Part shown: positions 10,085 through 19,194 of the stretch, one piece after another | Position numbering within the stretch: the stretch's first letter is position 1 | Layout of the letters: every line of letters begins with the position of its first letter | DNA from: a virus | IMG/VR virus record: IMGVR_UViG_3300009146_000001 | Coordinates: 12,046 to 76,045 of that record | DNA: 64,000 bases | Reading direction: 5' to 3' (one strand) | Program-made: the position numbers and the translations under genes | Notes under the pieces: model-generated | Database searches by the model: none | Seen by the model: the letters and a program-made list of their open reading frames with translations, nothing else | What the model was told of the DNA's origin: nothing

Positions 10085-10579
10085 TCAAGGGGGTTCAGGC
10101 ATGGCCTCGGGCGGCAATCGGTTCACCCGGTCAATCGCCACCGTGGCGCGGAAGTCACATCCGGGAACGAACATCTTCACCTTGGGCTGCGGCATCGCCC
10201 CGTGCGTGACGTCGTAGTCATCCCCGGTGGTCCGCAGCCTGCGCTTGTGCTCGTCGACGAGGTTCTGCGCCCGGATCCGGCCGCGAAGCTGGACCTTCAT
10301 CTTCTCGAACCGCAGGCGTCCCTCGCGGTGGAGCGTCAGCTCGAACCGGTTGTTGGCCTCATTGAGGAGCTGCAACGCCCTCGTCTTCTGGTTCATCAAC
10401 CGCTCGAAGTCCTCCGCCGACAGGTCCGGCCGGGCGAGGCGCTTATCAAACTGATCGAGGGTCTTGCGCAGATGTTCCCGAGTCCACTGCTGCATCCCCT
10501 CGATGCGGCCGTGCATCTGGTCGATGCGGGTGAAAACCTCATCTCTTCCAACCGATAGAGAGCCCCCGGTTTCTTGCAT
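10085..10579 (-). CDS. Hypothetical coiled-coil protein
   Basis: MQETGG start overlaps the end of the upstream gene; helical heptads. Confidence 0.55.
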   Translation of the reverse strand: MQETGGSLSVGRDEVFTRIDQMHGRIEGMQQWTREHLRKTLDQFDKRLARPDLSAEDFERLMNQKTRALQLLNEANNRFELTLHREGRLRFEKMKVQLRGRIRAQNLVDEHKRRLRTTGDDYDVTHGAMPQPKVKMFVPGCDFRATVAIDRVNRLPPEAMPEPP

Positions 10580-10913
10580 AACAGGTCTTCTTTGGGTAAC
10601 CGGCAACCAAGGGGAGGTAGCACCAACACCCCTCCTGATGCACCGCACTGTCGGGCTCCATCTTGCCGGGCGTCCCGCAGGTCTCGTACTCAGCGTCGTA
10701 GAACGGGCATTCGGTCCGGCAGGTGTTCAGCCGCTCGGCACCAAGCTCCTTGTCCGGGGAACTCCAGAGCGCCTTCGTCAGGCCCCAAGCCCCGCCAGCG
10801 ATGTGGCCAATCGCCTCGGGAAGCGGCAGCGATTTGAACGCTCCGTGGATGGCCGCCCATGTGGAGACCACGGGTTGCCACCACTTTCTTGTGTGCCTAA
10901 CCTCACTGGACAT
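10539..10913 (-). CDS. Cys-rich hypothetical protein
   Basis: RLNTCRTECPFYD...TCG...GCWCYL...TC cysteine pattern. Confidence 0.65.
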   Translation of the reverse strand: MSSEVRHTRKWWQPVVSTWAAIHGAFKSLPLPEAIGHIAGGAWGLTKALWSSPDKELGAERLNTCRTECPFYDAEYETCGTPGKMEPDSAVHQEGCWCYLPLVAGYPKKTCYARNRGLSIGWKR

Positions 10914-12402
10914 GTTGATTCAGCACGACGCTTGGCAGCCACCACTCCACCCAAAGGGAGCGGAGATTGTCAACGACCGCCATAGGTTCCTCCTCGTGAC
11001 CGGGGCCAAGCTGTCCACCAAGACTATCTCGATCTGCCACAAACTCACCAAGCATCTCTACGAACAGCGCGGGGCGCATATCGGGATCATCGTCAAGCGT
11101 CAGGAGGTAGGTCGGCTGGGCGTCTGGCCGGACATCACTGAATTCGTCATCCCCAAAATCTGGCAGGCAGACGCCGGGGTTGTCCCGTGGATCATCCGGC
11201 CCAAGGTGCTCTCGGATACCAAGCGGCGAATCTTCTCGGTCATGAACCACTGCGCCGACATCGGGCGGTGCTCGCTCATCTCCGCGTACCGTTCCAGCGA
11301 GATCGAGCAGCTCCTCAAGAACACGCGCTTCTCGATGATCTACGTCAATGAGGCTGACCAGTTCCCCGCCTCGATCTTCAATGCCTGCGCGGACCAGCTA
11401 CGAATGGAACATATGGGGGTTCCCTACGAAGCCCATCAGTTGATCCTCGATTGCAACCCGCCCAACGAGGGGGAAAAGCACTGGCTCCACAAGATCTTCT
11501 TCGACCCGGCGGAAAAGGATCAGGTCTGGTATCGGGACTACAAGGTCATCACCGCCACCATCGAAGACAACCCGTGGCTCAACCAGAAGGATCTGGAGTC
11601 ACTGATCCAGCGTTACCGCAATCACCCGCGACAGTACGCCCGGTACATTCTCTCCCAATGGGTTCCATCATCGGAGGGTTCAATCTTCGAGAACGTCTTC
11701 GAGGAGACAACCCACGTCGTCGGCGAGATCAATCCCGGCCAGCCACGCCACCTCTGGTCGGTCCTTATGCCGCCCATGGGAACCAACGAGATCATCCGGG
11801 GCTGGGACTTGGGCGACGTCAACCACTCCTGCGTCTTCATCACCAAGCGACTCTACGAGAACGCTTACTGCTACGACGTGATCGACGACCTCACCCTCAT
11901 CGACCGGCCAACCTCGATCCGCGAGTTCACCCGGCAAGTCATGGACAAGAGCGATTTCTGGCAGGACGTCCTGACCAAGCGGGGAGCGGACGGGGTTCGC
12001 TGGGTTGACTGGGCGGATCCGACCGCCTTCATCTTCCGGTCGAGCGGACAGGGATCGACTCACTCTGCGGAAGTCTATGCCGCATCCCGGAAACAAATCC
12101 GGCTGCGGCCAGTGAAGAAGGGACCGGGATCGGTCGCCGCCAGAGTCTCCCTCATGATGCGGCTTCTCCTTGATGGTCGACTCTCGTTATCGGTCCTGTC
12201 CCGCGCCTGCATCAACGCGATGATCGGCCTCAAGCCATCGTCATCCGGCGGGGTGAAACGCTCCCCGGAAATCCATGCCTTCGATGCGATGTCCTACGGT
12301 ATCGGCGGGGAAATCGGAGGCGACCTCCGGGATGAGGCCAACCAACCCGATGAGATAACGACTACCGTGGAGAACAGCTCAGTCGTTTCGGTCCGGCTTT
12401 AA
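10912..12402 (+). CDS. terL: Terminase large subunit
   Basis: Walker A-like GAKLSTKT, Walker B IYVNEAD, coupling motif DCNPP, DNPWL, nuclease GWDLGD...HAFDAMSY. Confidence 0.9.
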   Translation: MLIQHDAWQPPLHPKGAEIVNDRHRFLLVTGAKLSTKTISICHKLTKHLYEQRGAHIGIIVKRQEVGRLGVWPDITEFVIPKIWQADAGVVPWIIRPKVLSDTKRRIFSVMNHCADIGRCSLISAYRSSEIEQLLKNTRFSMIYVNEADQFPASIFNACADQLRMEHMGVPYEAHQLILDCNPPNEGEKHWLHKIFFDPAEKDQVWYRDYKVITATIEDNPWLNQKDLESLIQRYRNHPRQYARYILSQWVPSSEGSIFENVFEETTHVVGEINPGQPRHLWSVLMPPMGTNEIIRGWDLGDVNHSCVFITKRLYENAYCYDVIDDLTLIDRPTSIREFTRQVMDKSDFWQDVLTKRGADGVRWVDWADPTAFIFRSSGQGSTHSAEVYAASRKQIRLRPVKKGPGSVAARVSLMMRLLLDGRLSLSVLSRACINAMIGLKPSSSGGVKRSPEIHAFDAMSYGIGGEIGGDLRDEANQPDEITTTVENSSVVSVRL

Positions 12403-12668
12403 TTCCACTCAACCCCGGCCATGCCCTTGAAGATCTTCTGCCAAATCCTGCGGTCGCGCCTGACCTTGTCGCGCATCGGCTTGGGCATCTGGGCCTCCTG
12501 CCTTTTTGACACCTTCACCAGTCCTCCATTTCCAACCGCGTAAAGGTTCCCGCAGCCCGCGCAGATCCCGCATACGCCCGGCCGAACCTGATGGAACTCC
12601 AGATGCCTCTCCTGTCCACAGTGGGGACACGGGGCCACTACCACCATTTGAATTGCGCAGCAGTTCAT
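12399..12668 (-). CDS. Zn-ribbon protein
   Basis: CPHC...CAGC; similar in layout to ORF 28996-29301. Confidence 0.55.
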   Translation of the reverse strand: MNCCAIQMVVVAPCPHCGQERHLEFHQVRPGVCGICAGCGNLYAVGNGGLVKVSKRQEAQMPKPMRDKVRRDRRIWQKIFKGMAGVEWN

Positions 12669-12846
12669 ACCTCACCCTCCGAAACCGGCTCGTGAATCCA
12701 GCCATGCACCAGACCAGCCATGCCACAGCGGGCACCGTCAGGAACCCAAGGAAGAACCCAAAGCCAACAAGCCCAGCCAAGTATCCAAGGCGCATGAACG
12801 ACATGGCCGCCTCGAAGCTGAGGGATCTCATTCCGTGGCACGGATC

Positions 12847-13086
12847 TTACTTGGGCTCCAGCTCCACGATCTCACGCAGGATAGTCAGGGCGTCGCTCGC
12901 CTTCGCCAACCGCTTGAGCTGGGGTGACTCCTCGGGCGCGTTCTCGCATGTCATCCGCTCCCCATCCACGAGGGTCTCGAATAAGTCGACCGCCTCCATG
13001 AGGTCGTTGCCGTCACGGAAAGCTTCGGAATCCTCGCCAAATGGAGGCAACGGTTCGGCTTCAGCAGTCTTGGTTTTCTTTGCCAT
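12847..13086 (-). CDS. Hypothetical protein
   Basis: 79-aa ORF with phage-like codon usage. Confidence 0.6.
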   Translation of the reverse strand: MAKKTKTAEAEPLPPFGEDSEAFRDGNDLMEAVDLFETLVDGERMTCENAPEESPQLKRLAKASDALTILREIVELEPK

Positions 13087-13120
13087 TTGAAGTTCCTCGC
13101 ACGTTACGTCGCCGCGTCAA

Positions 13121-13351
13121 TCACAGAAGACCCTTCCGGTCGGCCAGCGACTCCGGCATGGTGATGACAAGCTCGGGCCAAGCGCCCTCTGGCGTCGGCC
13201 CGTAGGTGGAGATGTGCTCCAGCGGAGACCTCGGGATCCATACCATGTCCGTTGACGTAGGGTTGCGGTCGCGGGGCACGCGAGAGACCCGAATGGCTAG
13301 GAGGCTCTCCTCAACCTTCCAGCATCGCACCTTGGTAATCCCGTAGCTCAT
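13121..13351 (-). CDS. Hypothetical protein (MSYGITKVRC...VWIPRS)
   Basis: ATG at 13351 is ATGA-coupled to the beta-helix gene; the WIPRS motif is common in small phage proteins. Confidence 0.6.
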   Translation of the reverse strand: MSYGITKVRCWKVEESLLAIRVSRVPRDRNPTSTDMVWIPRSPLEHISTYGPTPEGAWPELVITMPESLADRKGLL

Positions 13352-14526
13352 GCTTCGAAAAGAACCTCGCCCGCAGGAGTCGGCGGATAAACCCCGGCGG
13401 TGGTCTGGCATCCATCCGGCAAGATGCACCCCCGGAACTTGATGTCCTCCACCTGCGTCCCCTTGATGCTGGCCGCGTAAAGATCCAGCGTGGCCGGTGG
13501 CGTGGGCGTTACCGCCGACCAGATGCAGTCCCGCACGATCACGTCCCCGAGATAGACCGGAGCCCCTCCCGTTTCCTCGGACTTGTCCTGAAGCAGGACA
13601 AGAATCGCGTGGTTGGTCGTCGGGTTGACCGTCCTGAAGATGCAGTCCGAAATCTGAATCCGCGCCCGGTCGAAGCCCGCGCTCGGGGCCGGGACATCTA
13701 CCCCGCAGTACCGGAAGTCCGCCTGACAACCAATGATCTGAACGTCCCGCACCGGCCCGGTGTCGCAGAAGAAGAAGCGGTCGGTGCCGCTGGACCGACA
13801 ACCTTGGATGATCGTCTTCTCGTTGGCCGAGTACGCCGCGTGCGTCTGCTTCGGAGCCCCGGCGGCCTCCGGGCTCGTGACGACGCAGTCGACAATGGCC
13901 GACCCCATGATGGCCCCGGTGTCGCTCGTGATTCCCAGATAGATGCAGGTGGCGTAATTCCCGCCCTCGGACGAAACCTCGCAGCCGTCAATCCGGCAGT
14001 TCCCGTGGACCGGCGACGTGGGCGACTTGTTGCAGAGGATCCCGAACGCCTCGATCATCGTGTTCCAGTCCCCGCCGATTCCGCGCACGGCCACGTCCTT
14101 GATCTGGGCGGACGTCGAATAGGTATGGAGCCCTGAGGATGGCAGCCCGCAGTCGCAGATGAAGCTGACCCCTTCGACCCGGACGTAGCTGCTCGCCCCG
14201 GAGCGCGACCCGGCGATGAAGGTCTCGATGTAGGTAGCTGGCTGGCCGCCCACCGTGTCCTCGTAGTCCGCCGCGAGCCTGATCTCGGTCACCTTCGACC
14301 CGGCCCCGATCAACTCACATCCCGGCCCGAGATTGCAGTAGTCCATCCCGTCGAAAGCCCACGCGCCACGGGTGTAATACGTACCGGGGTGAAGGATGAA
14401 TCGGGTGTCATCCCGGTACTTCATGAAGATCTCGTCGAACTCTTCGGCGTTGGCGATCCGCAGCGGGCTCGTCGAAGTGCCGTAGCCGAGCCCGTCGCCG
14501 GATTCCATTATGTGGATGATTCGCAT
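13348..14526 (-). CDS. Right-handed beta-helix (pectin-lyase-like) protein; tailspike/depolymerase candidate
   Basis: LHPGTYYT...ELIGAG followed by repeated I-x-x-C beta-helix rungs. Confidence 0.75.
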   Translation of the reverse strand: MRIIHIMESGDGLGYGTSTSPLRIANAEEFDEIFMKYRDDTRFILHPGTYYTRGAWAFDGMDYCNLGPGCELIGAGSKVTEIRLAADYEDTVGGQPATYIETFIAGSRSGASSYVRVEGVSFICDCGLPSSGLHTYSTSAQIKDVAVRGIGGDWNTMIEAFGILCNKSPTSPVHGNCRIDGCEVSSEGGNYATCIYLGITSDTGAIMGSAIVDCVVTSPEAAGAPKQTHAAYSANEKTIIQGCRSSGTDRFFFCDTGPVRDVQIIGCQADFRYCGVDVPAPSAGFDRARIQISDCIFRTVNPTTNHAILVLLQDKSEETGGAPVYLGDVIVRDCIWSAVTPTPPATLDLYAASIKGTQVEDIKFRGCILPDGCQTTAGVYPPTPAGEVLFEA

Positions 14527-14679
14527 GGAAGAAGATTAATCCCGCCGCCCGGCGAAGGCGCTGGTCTTGAGCCGCACCCGGCACACGCCGGACGGCGTCA
14601 TCCCAGTGCATAACAGAGAACGCACGGGGACAGGTTGTGATGATTCGTTCTTCACCGGGCGGCGGAAAGATTGTGAGGG

Positions 14680-15060
14680 CTACTTCCTGTTTAGCCACTC
14701 CTTGCCGTGGGCAACGAATGTCGCGGAGATTCTGGACCGCTCGTCCACCGGCAAGTCGTCAAGGAACCGGAACGCCTGATCCTTCCCGGCCGTGCGCAGG
14801 ATGTACTGCTTCCATCGCCATGGCTGACTGGCGAGCCCACATCCCTTCAGGAACCGGAACATGTCATCCACCAGTACGTCGTCCCATTGGCCCTTTGCGG
14901 CGATCTCCAGCACCTTGGGAAGCGGGAGCCCACTTCGTCTGGCGATCTCGGACTCGCGCAAAGGTCGGACATGGCGGCGGGGCTTTTGGATCGTGGTACG
15001 CGCCATCATTCGACAGATAAATGGCGGGAACTGGTTGAGGATTTGCCGGTTGATCCTCAT
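14680..15060 (-). CDS. HTH-like DNA-binding protein
   Basis: ESEIARRSGLPLPKVLEIA. Confidence 0.55.
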   Translation of the reverse strand: MRINRQILNQFPPFICRMMARTTIQKPRRHVRPLRESEIARRSGLPLPKVLEIAAKGQWDDVLVDDMFRFLKGCGLASQPWRWKQYILRTAGKDQAFRFLDDLPVDERSRISATFVAHGKEWLNRK

Positions 15061-15368
15061 GGGTCCGTGCTGAATTTGAGATATCCATGCTCTCGGGCTT
15101 CCTTAGGGTGGCTCATCACCCAGTTGTGGCAGCTTCTGCATAAGGCGATAAGATTCCTCGGGTCCAGAATCTTTCCGGGAGCGACGCTGCGGGGGACGAT
15201 ATGATGGGGATCCACGGATGGTCTCTTGCCGCACCGTTCGCATACGGGGTGGTCTGAAAGGTACTTCGTCGCGATCAGGCTGAACTCCGCCATCTGTGCC
15301 CGCCTTCGCGCCGAAACGCTCCGAACCCGCTTCCTCTTGCTGCTTGGTGTACGCCTCAATAACTCCAT
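15057..15368 (-). CDS. HNH endonuclease (small, packaging-associated type)
   Basis: CERC...DPHHIVPRS...NLIALCRSCHNWV; start uncertain (15368 ATG or 15359 TTG). Confidence 0.8.
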   Translation of the reverse strand: MELLRRTPSSKRKRVRSVSARRRAQMAEFSLIATKYLSDHPVCERCGKRPSVDPHHIVPRSVAPGKILDPRNLIALCRSCHNWVMSHPKEAREHGYLKFSTDP

Positions 15369-15582
15369 CGACGACAAGTTCACGGACGAAGGCGATGTGC
15401 TTGCAACGGACGGGCTGCTTGGTCTGCCCCTGAACCTGCTGCTTCCGAAACTCGAAGTCCTCGCAGGAGCACCAGCCATGCGGCGGATTCTCCGCGAGGT
15501 CCACCTCGTATGTGATGTTCCGGCCTCCAACGACATAGAACCTGAGCCCTTCCTTATGCTTGACGGACTTCTTGAACAACAT
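15103..15582 (-). CDS. SWIM zinc-finger protein
   Basis: YEVDL...WCSCEDF...CKHI; the C-terminal half overlaps the HNH gene. Confidence 0.7.
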   Translation of the reverse strand: MLFKKSVKHKEGLRFYVVGGRNITYEVDLAENPPHGWCSCEDFEFRKQQVQGQTKQPVRCKHIAFVRELVVDGVIEAYTKQQEEAGSERFGAKAGTDGGVQPDRDEVPFRPPRMRTVRQETIRGSPSYRPPQRRSRKDSGPEESYRLMQKLPQLGDEPP

Positions 15583-15585
15583 CGG

Positions 15586-15915
15586 TTACGGGATCTCATC
15601 CCGATCCTGAATTTGTTCCAGCGCCGGGATCCGACTCGCCTCAACGTCGTCGTCCGCCAGCCCGTCCGGCGATTCCAGCTCGTCCTGCTCGATCACCCGC
15701 GTCTCCCGGATCCTGCCAAGTGGAATCGTTATCGCCACGGTGTGCGGCGTATTCGCGTGGACCGTGGAGATGGTGATCCCCATCGTGATCTTGGCCATCC
15801 CCTGCTCGTGGTCCTGACCCGCCTGAGTGATTTGCTCCCAGTAGTCGTTCAGGAAAGAGCGGACCTTCATCCCGATGGCCTTGGCCACCACGTCAGCTTC
15901 GGTTGCAGTGCTCAT
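15586..15915 (-). CDS. Hypothetical protein
   Basis: 109-aa ORF coupled to the nuclease gene. Confidence 0.6.
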   Translation of the reverse strand: MSTATEADVVAKAIGMKVRSFLNDYWEQITQAGQDHEQGMAKITMGITISTVHANTPHTVAITIPLGRIRETRVIEQDELESPDGLADDDVEASRIPALEQIQDRDEIP

Positions 15916-16802
15916 GGGGGGTCGTCGGAACCGAGTCTTTCAATCCGTCCGAACTCACAGAATTCCCACACGTCGCAGTAGTATTTGCAACGGATCGACT
16001 CTGCCTTCCGCTCCTGAATGTCGTAGACGTCGCTCGGCTTCCCGGCCGCGCTGAGCGCCTGCTTGCGCAGGTTCATCTGCTCGGTGGCTTCCTTGGCGGT
16101 CTTGTAGATGCCAGTGGCCCGCTTGCCACCCGCCTTCATGAGGGCGTACTCGTTCGGCTTGGCCCACCGCTCATCGTGCGTGCACAGGGGATAGCTCTCC
16201 TCGTGCTGCGTAAGCCGGTACGAGATGTAGGCGTCGAGACTGTCGTCGGACCAGATCCTGATCGGGATCATCTTCACTGGACCCACCGGGTAGGTCGGAT
16301 CCCGGTATCGCTCGACCGGGGTGTAATCCCGGATCGCGGCGATGATGAACATCTCGGCAATCTCGATCCCATTGTCCCGCGCCAGCCGCCGGTAGCAGTT
16401 AAGCTGCGCCTCCCACTCCGGCTTGATCGGCCCCTGCACGGCACCTGCCCGCAACGTCTTGTAATCGTAAAGCTTGTGGTTCTCGATCAGGTCAAGAATC
16501 CCCGCCACTGACCACGTCCGATTGGTGCCAGTCCACTGGCTGAATAACTGGACCTCGGTGTGCGCCGTCGTCGACTTCGAGATGAACTCATGGAAGCCAG
16601 AGCCCCAGAGCGCGAAGAACCTGTCGATGACGTCGATGCTGATCTTGTCGCCGTAGGCATCGCGGAGCTGCTTGATCCGTGGCGGGCCGATCATCTCGGT
16701 GACCGAGATGTCCGCCCGTGATCGGCGCTCCTCCTGAGTCTGCCGGGGAACGACCGAATCGTAGATCGCCCCCGGCAGACCGAGTTGATTGGTGACCCTC
16801 AT
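15912..16802 (-). CDS. PD-(D/E)XK (Cas4/RecB-like) exonuclease
   Basis: ISVTEMIGPPRI, GILDL...YDYKT, QLNCY, C-terminal CKYYCDVWEFC. Confidence 0.85.
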   Translation of the reverse strand: MRVTNQLGLPGAIYDSVVPRQTQEERRSRADISVTEMIGPPRIKQLRDAYGDKISIDVIDRFFALWGSGFHEFISKSTTAHTEVQLFSQWTGTNRTWSVAGILDLIENHKLYDYKTLRAGAVQGPIKPEWEAQLNCYRRLARDNGIEIAEMFIIAAIRDYTPVERYRDPTYPVGPVKMIPIRIWSDDSLDAYISYRLTQHEESYPLCTHDERWAKPNEYALMKAGGKRATGIYKTAKEATEQMNLRKQALSAAGKPSDVYDIQERKAESIRCKYYCDVWEFCEFGRIERLGSDDPP

Positions 16803-17491
16803 GCTGCCGGTTCCGCCGTGGCTTCCGCAGGCATCTTCGCAAGCCAAGCCGTGGACGCCGCCCGGAGGTCTCGGAACTGAGGCGTGTCGGTTTTCGGATG
16901 GCGGGAGAACCACTGGATCGTCTCGCGCTTGAGTTTGCGCAGGGGCTGCCCCTTGTAGTTGCAGACGTAGTCCACGATGAAGTCGCCGGGATCCGGACCA
17001 TCTGTCGCGGCAGGCGGCTCAGGCTCCGGTTCTGGTTCAGGCTCAGGTTCAGGCGCTGGCGCGGGAGCGGGTTGAGCTGCTGCTGGCGCGGGCGCTGGTA
17101 CTGGCGCGGGCGCTGGCGCGGAGACGGGCGGAACAGGCTTCATCGCACGCTTCGCAGGCGCAGAAGCAGGAGGAGCGGTCGCGGCAGCCGGGGTCTCCGG
17201 GACCGACGGGGGCGGAGCCTTGATCGACGGGGCAACCACCGATGCCGGGAAGTAGGTGGCGAACATAAGCTCGACCTCCTTGCGGGCAGTGTTGAATGCC
17301 GTCGAAGCATTGCCCGCAGAATCCACCGGCATCATGATCCGGCCGGTGATCGGCGTATCGCCCATCATGATTCCCCAATGAACCCCGCTCACAGCCTGCC
17401 CGGCCGCCGATGTGGGGCTGGCCTCGGACACCTCGGATATCGGGACAATGATCCGTCCCAATTTGCGTACCATCTCGTCGAATTCGTGCAT
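16799..17491 (-). CDS. Putative ssDNA-annealing/recombination partner with a Pro-Ala linker
   Basis: Upstream of and coupled to the exonuclease; APAP/EPEP linker; C-terminal YKGQPLRKL domain. Confidence 0.45.
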   Translation of the reverse strand: MHEFDEMVRKLGRIIVPISEVSEASPTSAAGQAVSGVHWGIMMGDTPITGRIMMPVDSAGNASTAFNTARKEVELMFATYFPASVVAPSIKAPPPSVPETPAAATAPPASAPAKRAMKPVPPVSAPAPAPVPAPAPAAAQPAPAPAPEPEPEPEPEPEPPAATDGPDPGDFIVDYVCNYKGQPLRKLKRETIQWFSRHPKTDTPQFRDLRAASTAWLAKMPAEATAEPAA

Positions 17492-17531
17492 AGATTTACT
17501 TGGTGTGGTTTCCCACACATGGTTGTTTGGG

Positions 17532-17765
17532 TCAAGGAACTTCGTCAGTGAGATCTGGTATTTCCTGCGGGCTTTCCCGGATGGCCCATTCGCAGGTAAC
17601 TTCGCCCCGTGCGATGAGGCGGATAAGTGCCATGGTCTTGCGTCGGCCGGTCTTCGGGCCAGTCGGAGCGACCGGAACACCTAGCTCCCCGGCAATGATT
17701 TCAAGATTCTCCAGCTCCCTAAGGGACATCCCAATTTGTAAAACGGTAGTGTTGCTGTTGCTCAT
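17532..17765 (-). CDS. Small RHH-like regulator
   Basis: LQIGMS...LEIIAGELG...ALIRLIARGE; GGAGG RBS; paralogous to 17817-18170. Confidence 0.55.
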   Translation of the reverse strand: MSNSNTTVLQIGMSLRELENLEIIAGELGVPVAPTGPKTGRRKTMALIRLIARGEVTCEWAIRESPQEIPDLTDEVP

Positions 17766-17816
17766 GTCTATCGCCTCCATGGTTCTCCGCTGCGTCCGAC
17801 TGGGTACAAATCCCCC

Positions 17817-18170
17817 ATGAAAAATGGCCACCGGCCCAAACCGGAGGAGAATGGGCTCCCACCTTGGGCGTTGCCTGATCCCATTCCGATAGGTGGCAGG
17901 CCGGTAGTAGTGCCCCTTGGGGAGCAACGGCTTTCCTTGGGCATCCAACTCTCGGCCGCCCAGAATAGGCAGCTCCACCAGATCGCCTATGATTTTGGCT
18001 ATCTTTACGCCAACAGGCCCAGCCTTACCCAACTTATGAGGGCCATTGCCGACGGGGAGATGGTTGTCGTGCCGCGACATATGATCGTGAACCTTGACGA
18101 ACTCTGGGTCATCAAGGCGGGGCGGCCTCCAGAAGATATCCCTCACCCGACTGACGAATTCCCGCCTTGA
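17817..18170 (+). CDS. Small RHH-like regulator
   Basis: LGIQLS...LHQIAYDFG...QLMRAIADGE. Confidence 0.55.
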   Translation: MKNGHRPKPEENGLPPWALPDPIPIGGRPVVVPLGEQRLSLGIQLSAAQNRQLHQIAYDFGYLYANRPSLTQLMRAIADGEMVVVPRHMIVNLDELWVIKAGRPPEDIPHPTDEFPP

Positions 18171-19194
18171 CCCCGCCGGGAATCAAGGCCGCCGCCAGAC
18201 CTTCCCCGATCCAGACGCAAGCGAGGTATCCGCCGGAGGGGCCGATCCGTGCGTGGCCGCGAACTCTGGCGAGAACCCGACTGGCGGGCTCGGTGCGGCA
18301 GACAACCCGCCACGGCTGAACCCCTTCCCTGCGGCGACCGACCGGAACGTGCGTATCGAACGGGATCAGGCTCTGGTCACCAAGGTGAAGCCGGTCACCG
18401 TCGAAGCTGACCTCCACGCAGTCGCCAGCCGCCTTCGCCATCATCTCGCTGACGGCCTCGCCCTCCACCATCACCCAGTCCATGGCGTTGACGCTCTGCG
18501 AAACCTTGTCCCATGAGGACTTGTGCCCGTTTTCGCAATGACTGATGCGGTAGGCGCAGAAGCTGTCGCGCACCACGAGGTCATGGTCCTCGAACTGGAT
18601 CCTCGGCTCCACGCACCGACCAAGTTCGGACAGGATCGCCGACTTGGTGATGCAACTCAGCTTTTCCGGGCTCCGGTGACGATAGGCAATCTCAACCCCA
18701 GTGCCGCCAACCGTGCTGAAGCCCAGACTGGACCCGCCACAGAACACCTCCGTGAATGGATCCTCCGCCTTGAGCACGACGGCGAGTCCCACGTAGTCGC
18801 GTGGGCTTATTTCGAAGATGCGGCGGTCCCCGGAGAACTTGATGAGGCCATGCCCGTGCTTCATCGGTCTAGCCTTGATTTCCGCCCTGATCCCGTTGCG
18901 CAAGACCGAGAGGACACCGGGCTTATCCTGCTCGATGAACAACTCCTCGCAGCTCCGGTCGCAGACCGTCAGAAATTCAAGCAGAGGCACTGTGCATTTA
19001 CCGGATTCCGCTACCGCTACGAAATCCTTGGCTGCCTGAACGTCAACGCCATCGGCGGTGGCGGTGAAAACGACGCCACCCCCTTTTCTGGCTTCGATAT
19101 CCACGACCGGAGCTGGAGAACCTGCCGCCCGCACGAAACGGAGCATCCCCTTGAGGGAGCTGACCAATTCCCGGCGGATGACCATAAACTTCAC
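18112..19194 (-). CDS. Divergent DNA polymerase III beta-clamp-like protein
   Basis: GTG start (GTGA overlap) gives MKFMVIRRELVSSL...FTATADGVDV...GKCTVP; about 360 aa; ends AALIP, as expected for a DnaN fold. Confidence 0.5.
   Translation of the reverse strand: MKFMVIRRELVSSLKGMLRFVRAAGSPAPVVDIEARKGGGVVFTATADGVDVQAAKDFVAVAESGKCTVPLLEFLTVCDRSCEELFIEQDKPGVLSVLRNGIRAEIKARPMKHGHGLIKFSGDRRIFEISPRDYVGLAVVLKAEDPFTEVFCGGSSLGFSTVGGTGVEIAYRHRSPEKLSCITKSAILSELGRCVEPRIQFEDHDLVVRDSFCAYRISHCENGHKSSWDKVSQSVNAMDWVMVEGEAVSEMMAKAAGDCVEVSFDGDRLHLGDQSLIPFDTHVPVGRRREGVQPWRVVCRTEPASRVLARVRGHARIGPSGGYLACVWIGEGLAAALIPGGVKAGIRQSGEGYLLEAAPP

Noticed and set aside
10990-11370. Inactive terminase because of GAKLSTKT and NEAD variants
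   Set aside because: The Walker A Lys-Thr, catalytic Glu, coupling motif and nuclease Asp residues are present, and NE-type Walker B variants occur in terminases.
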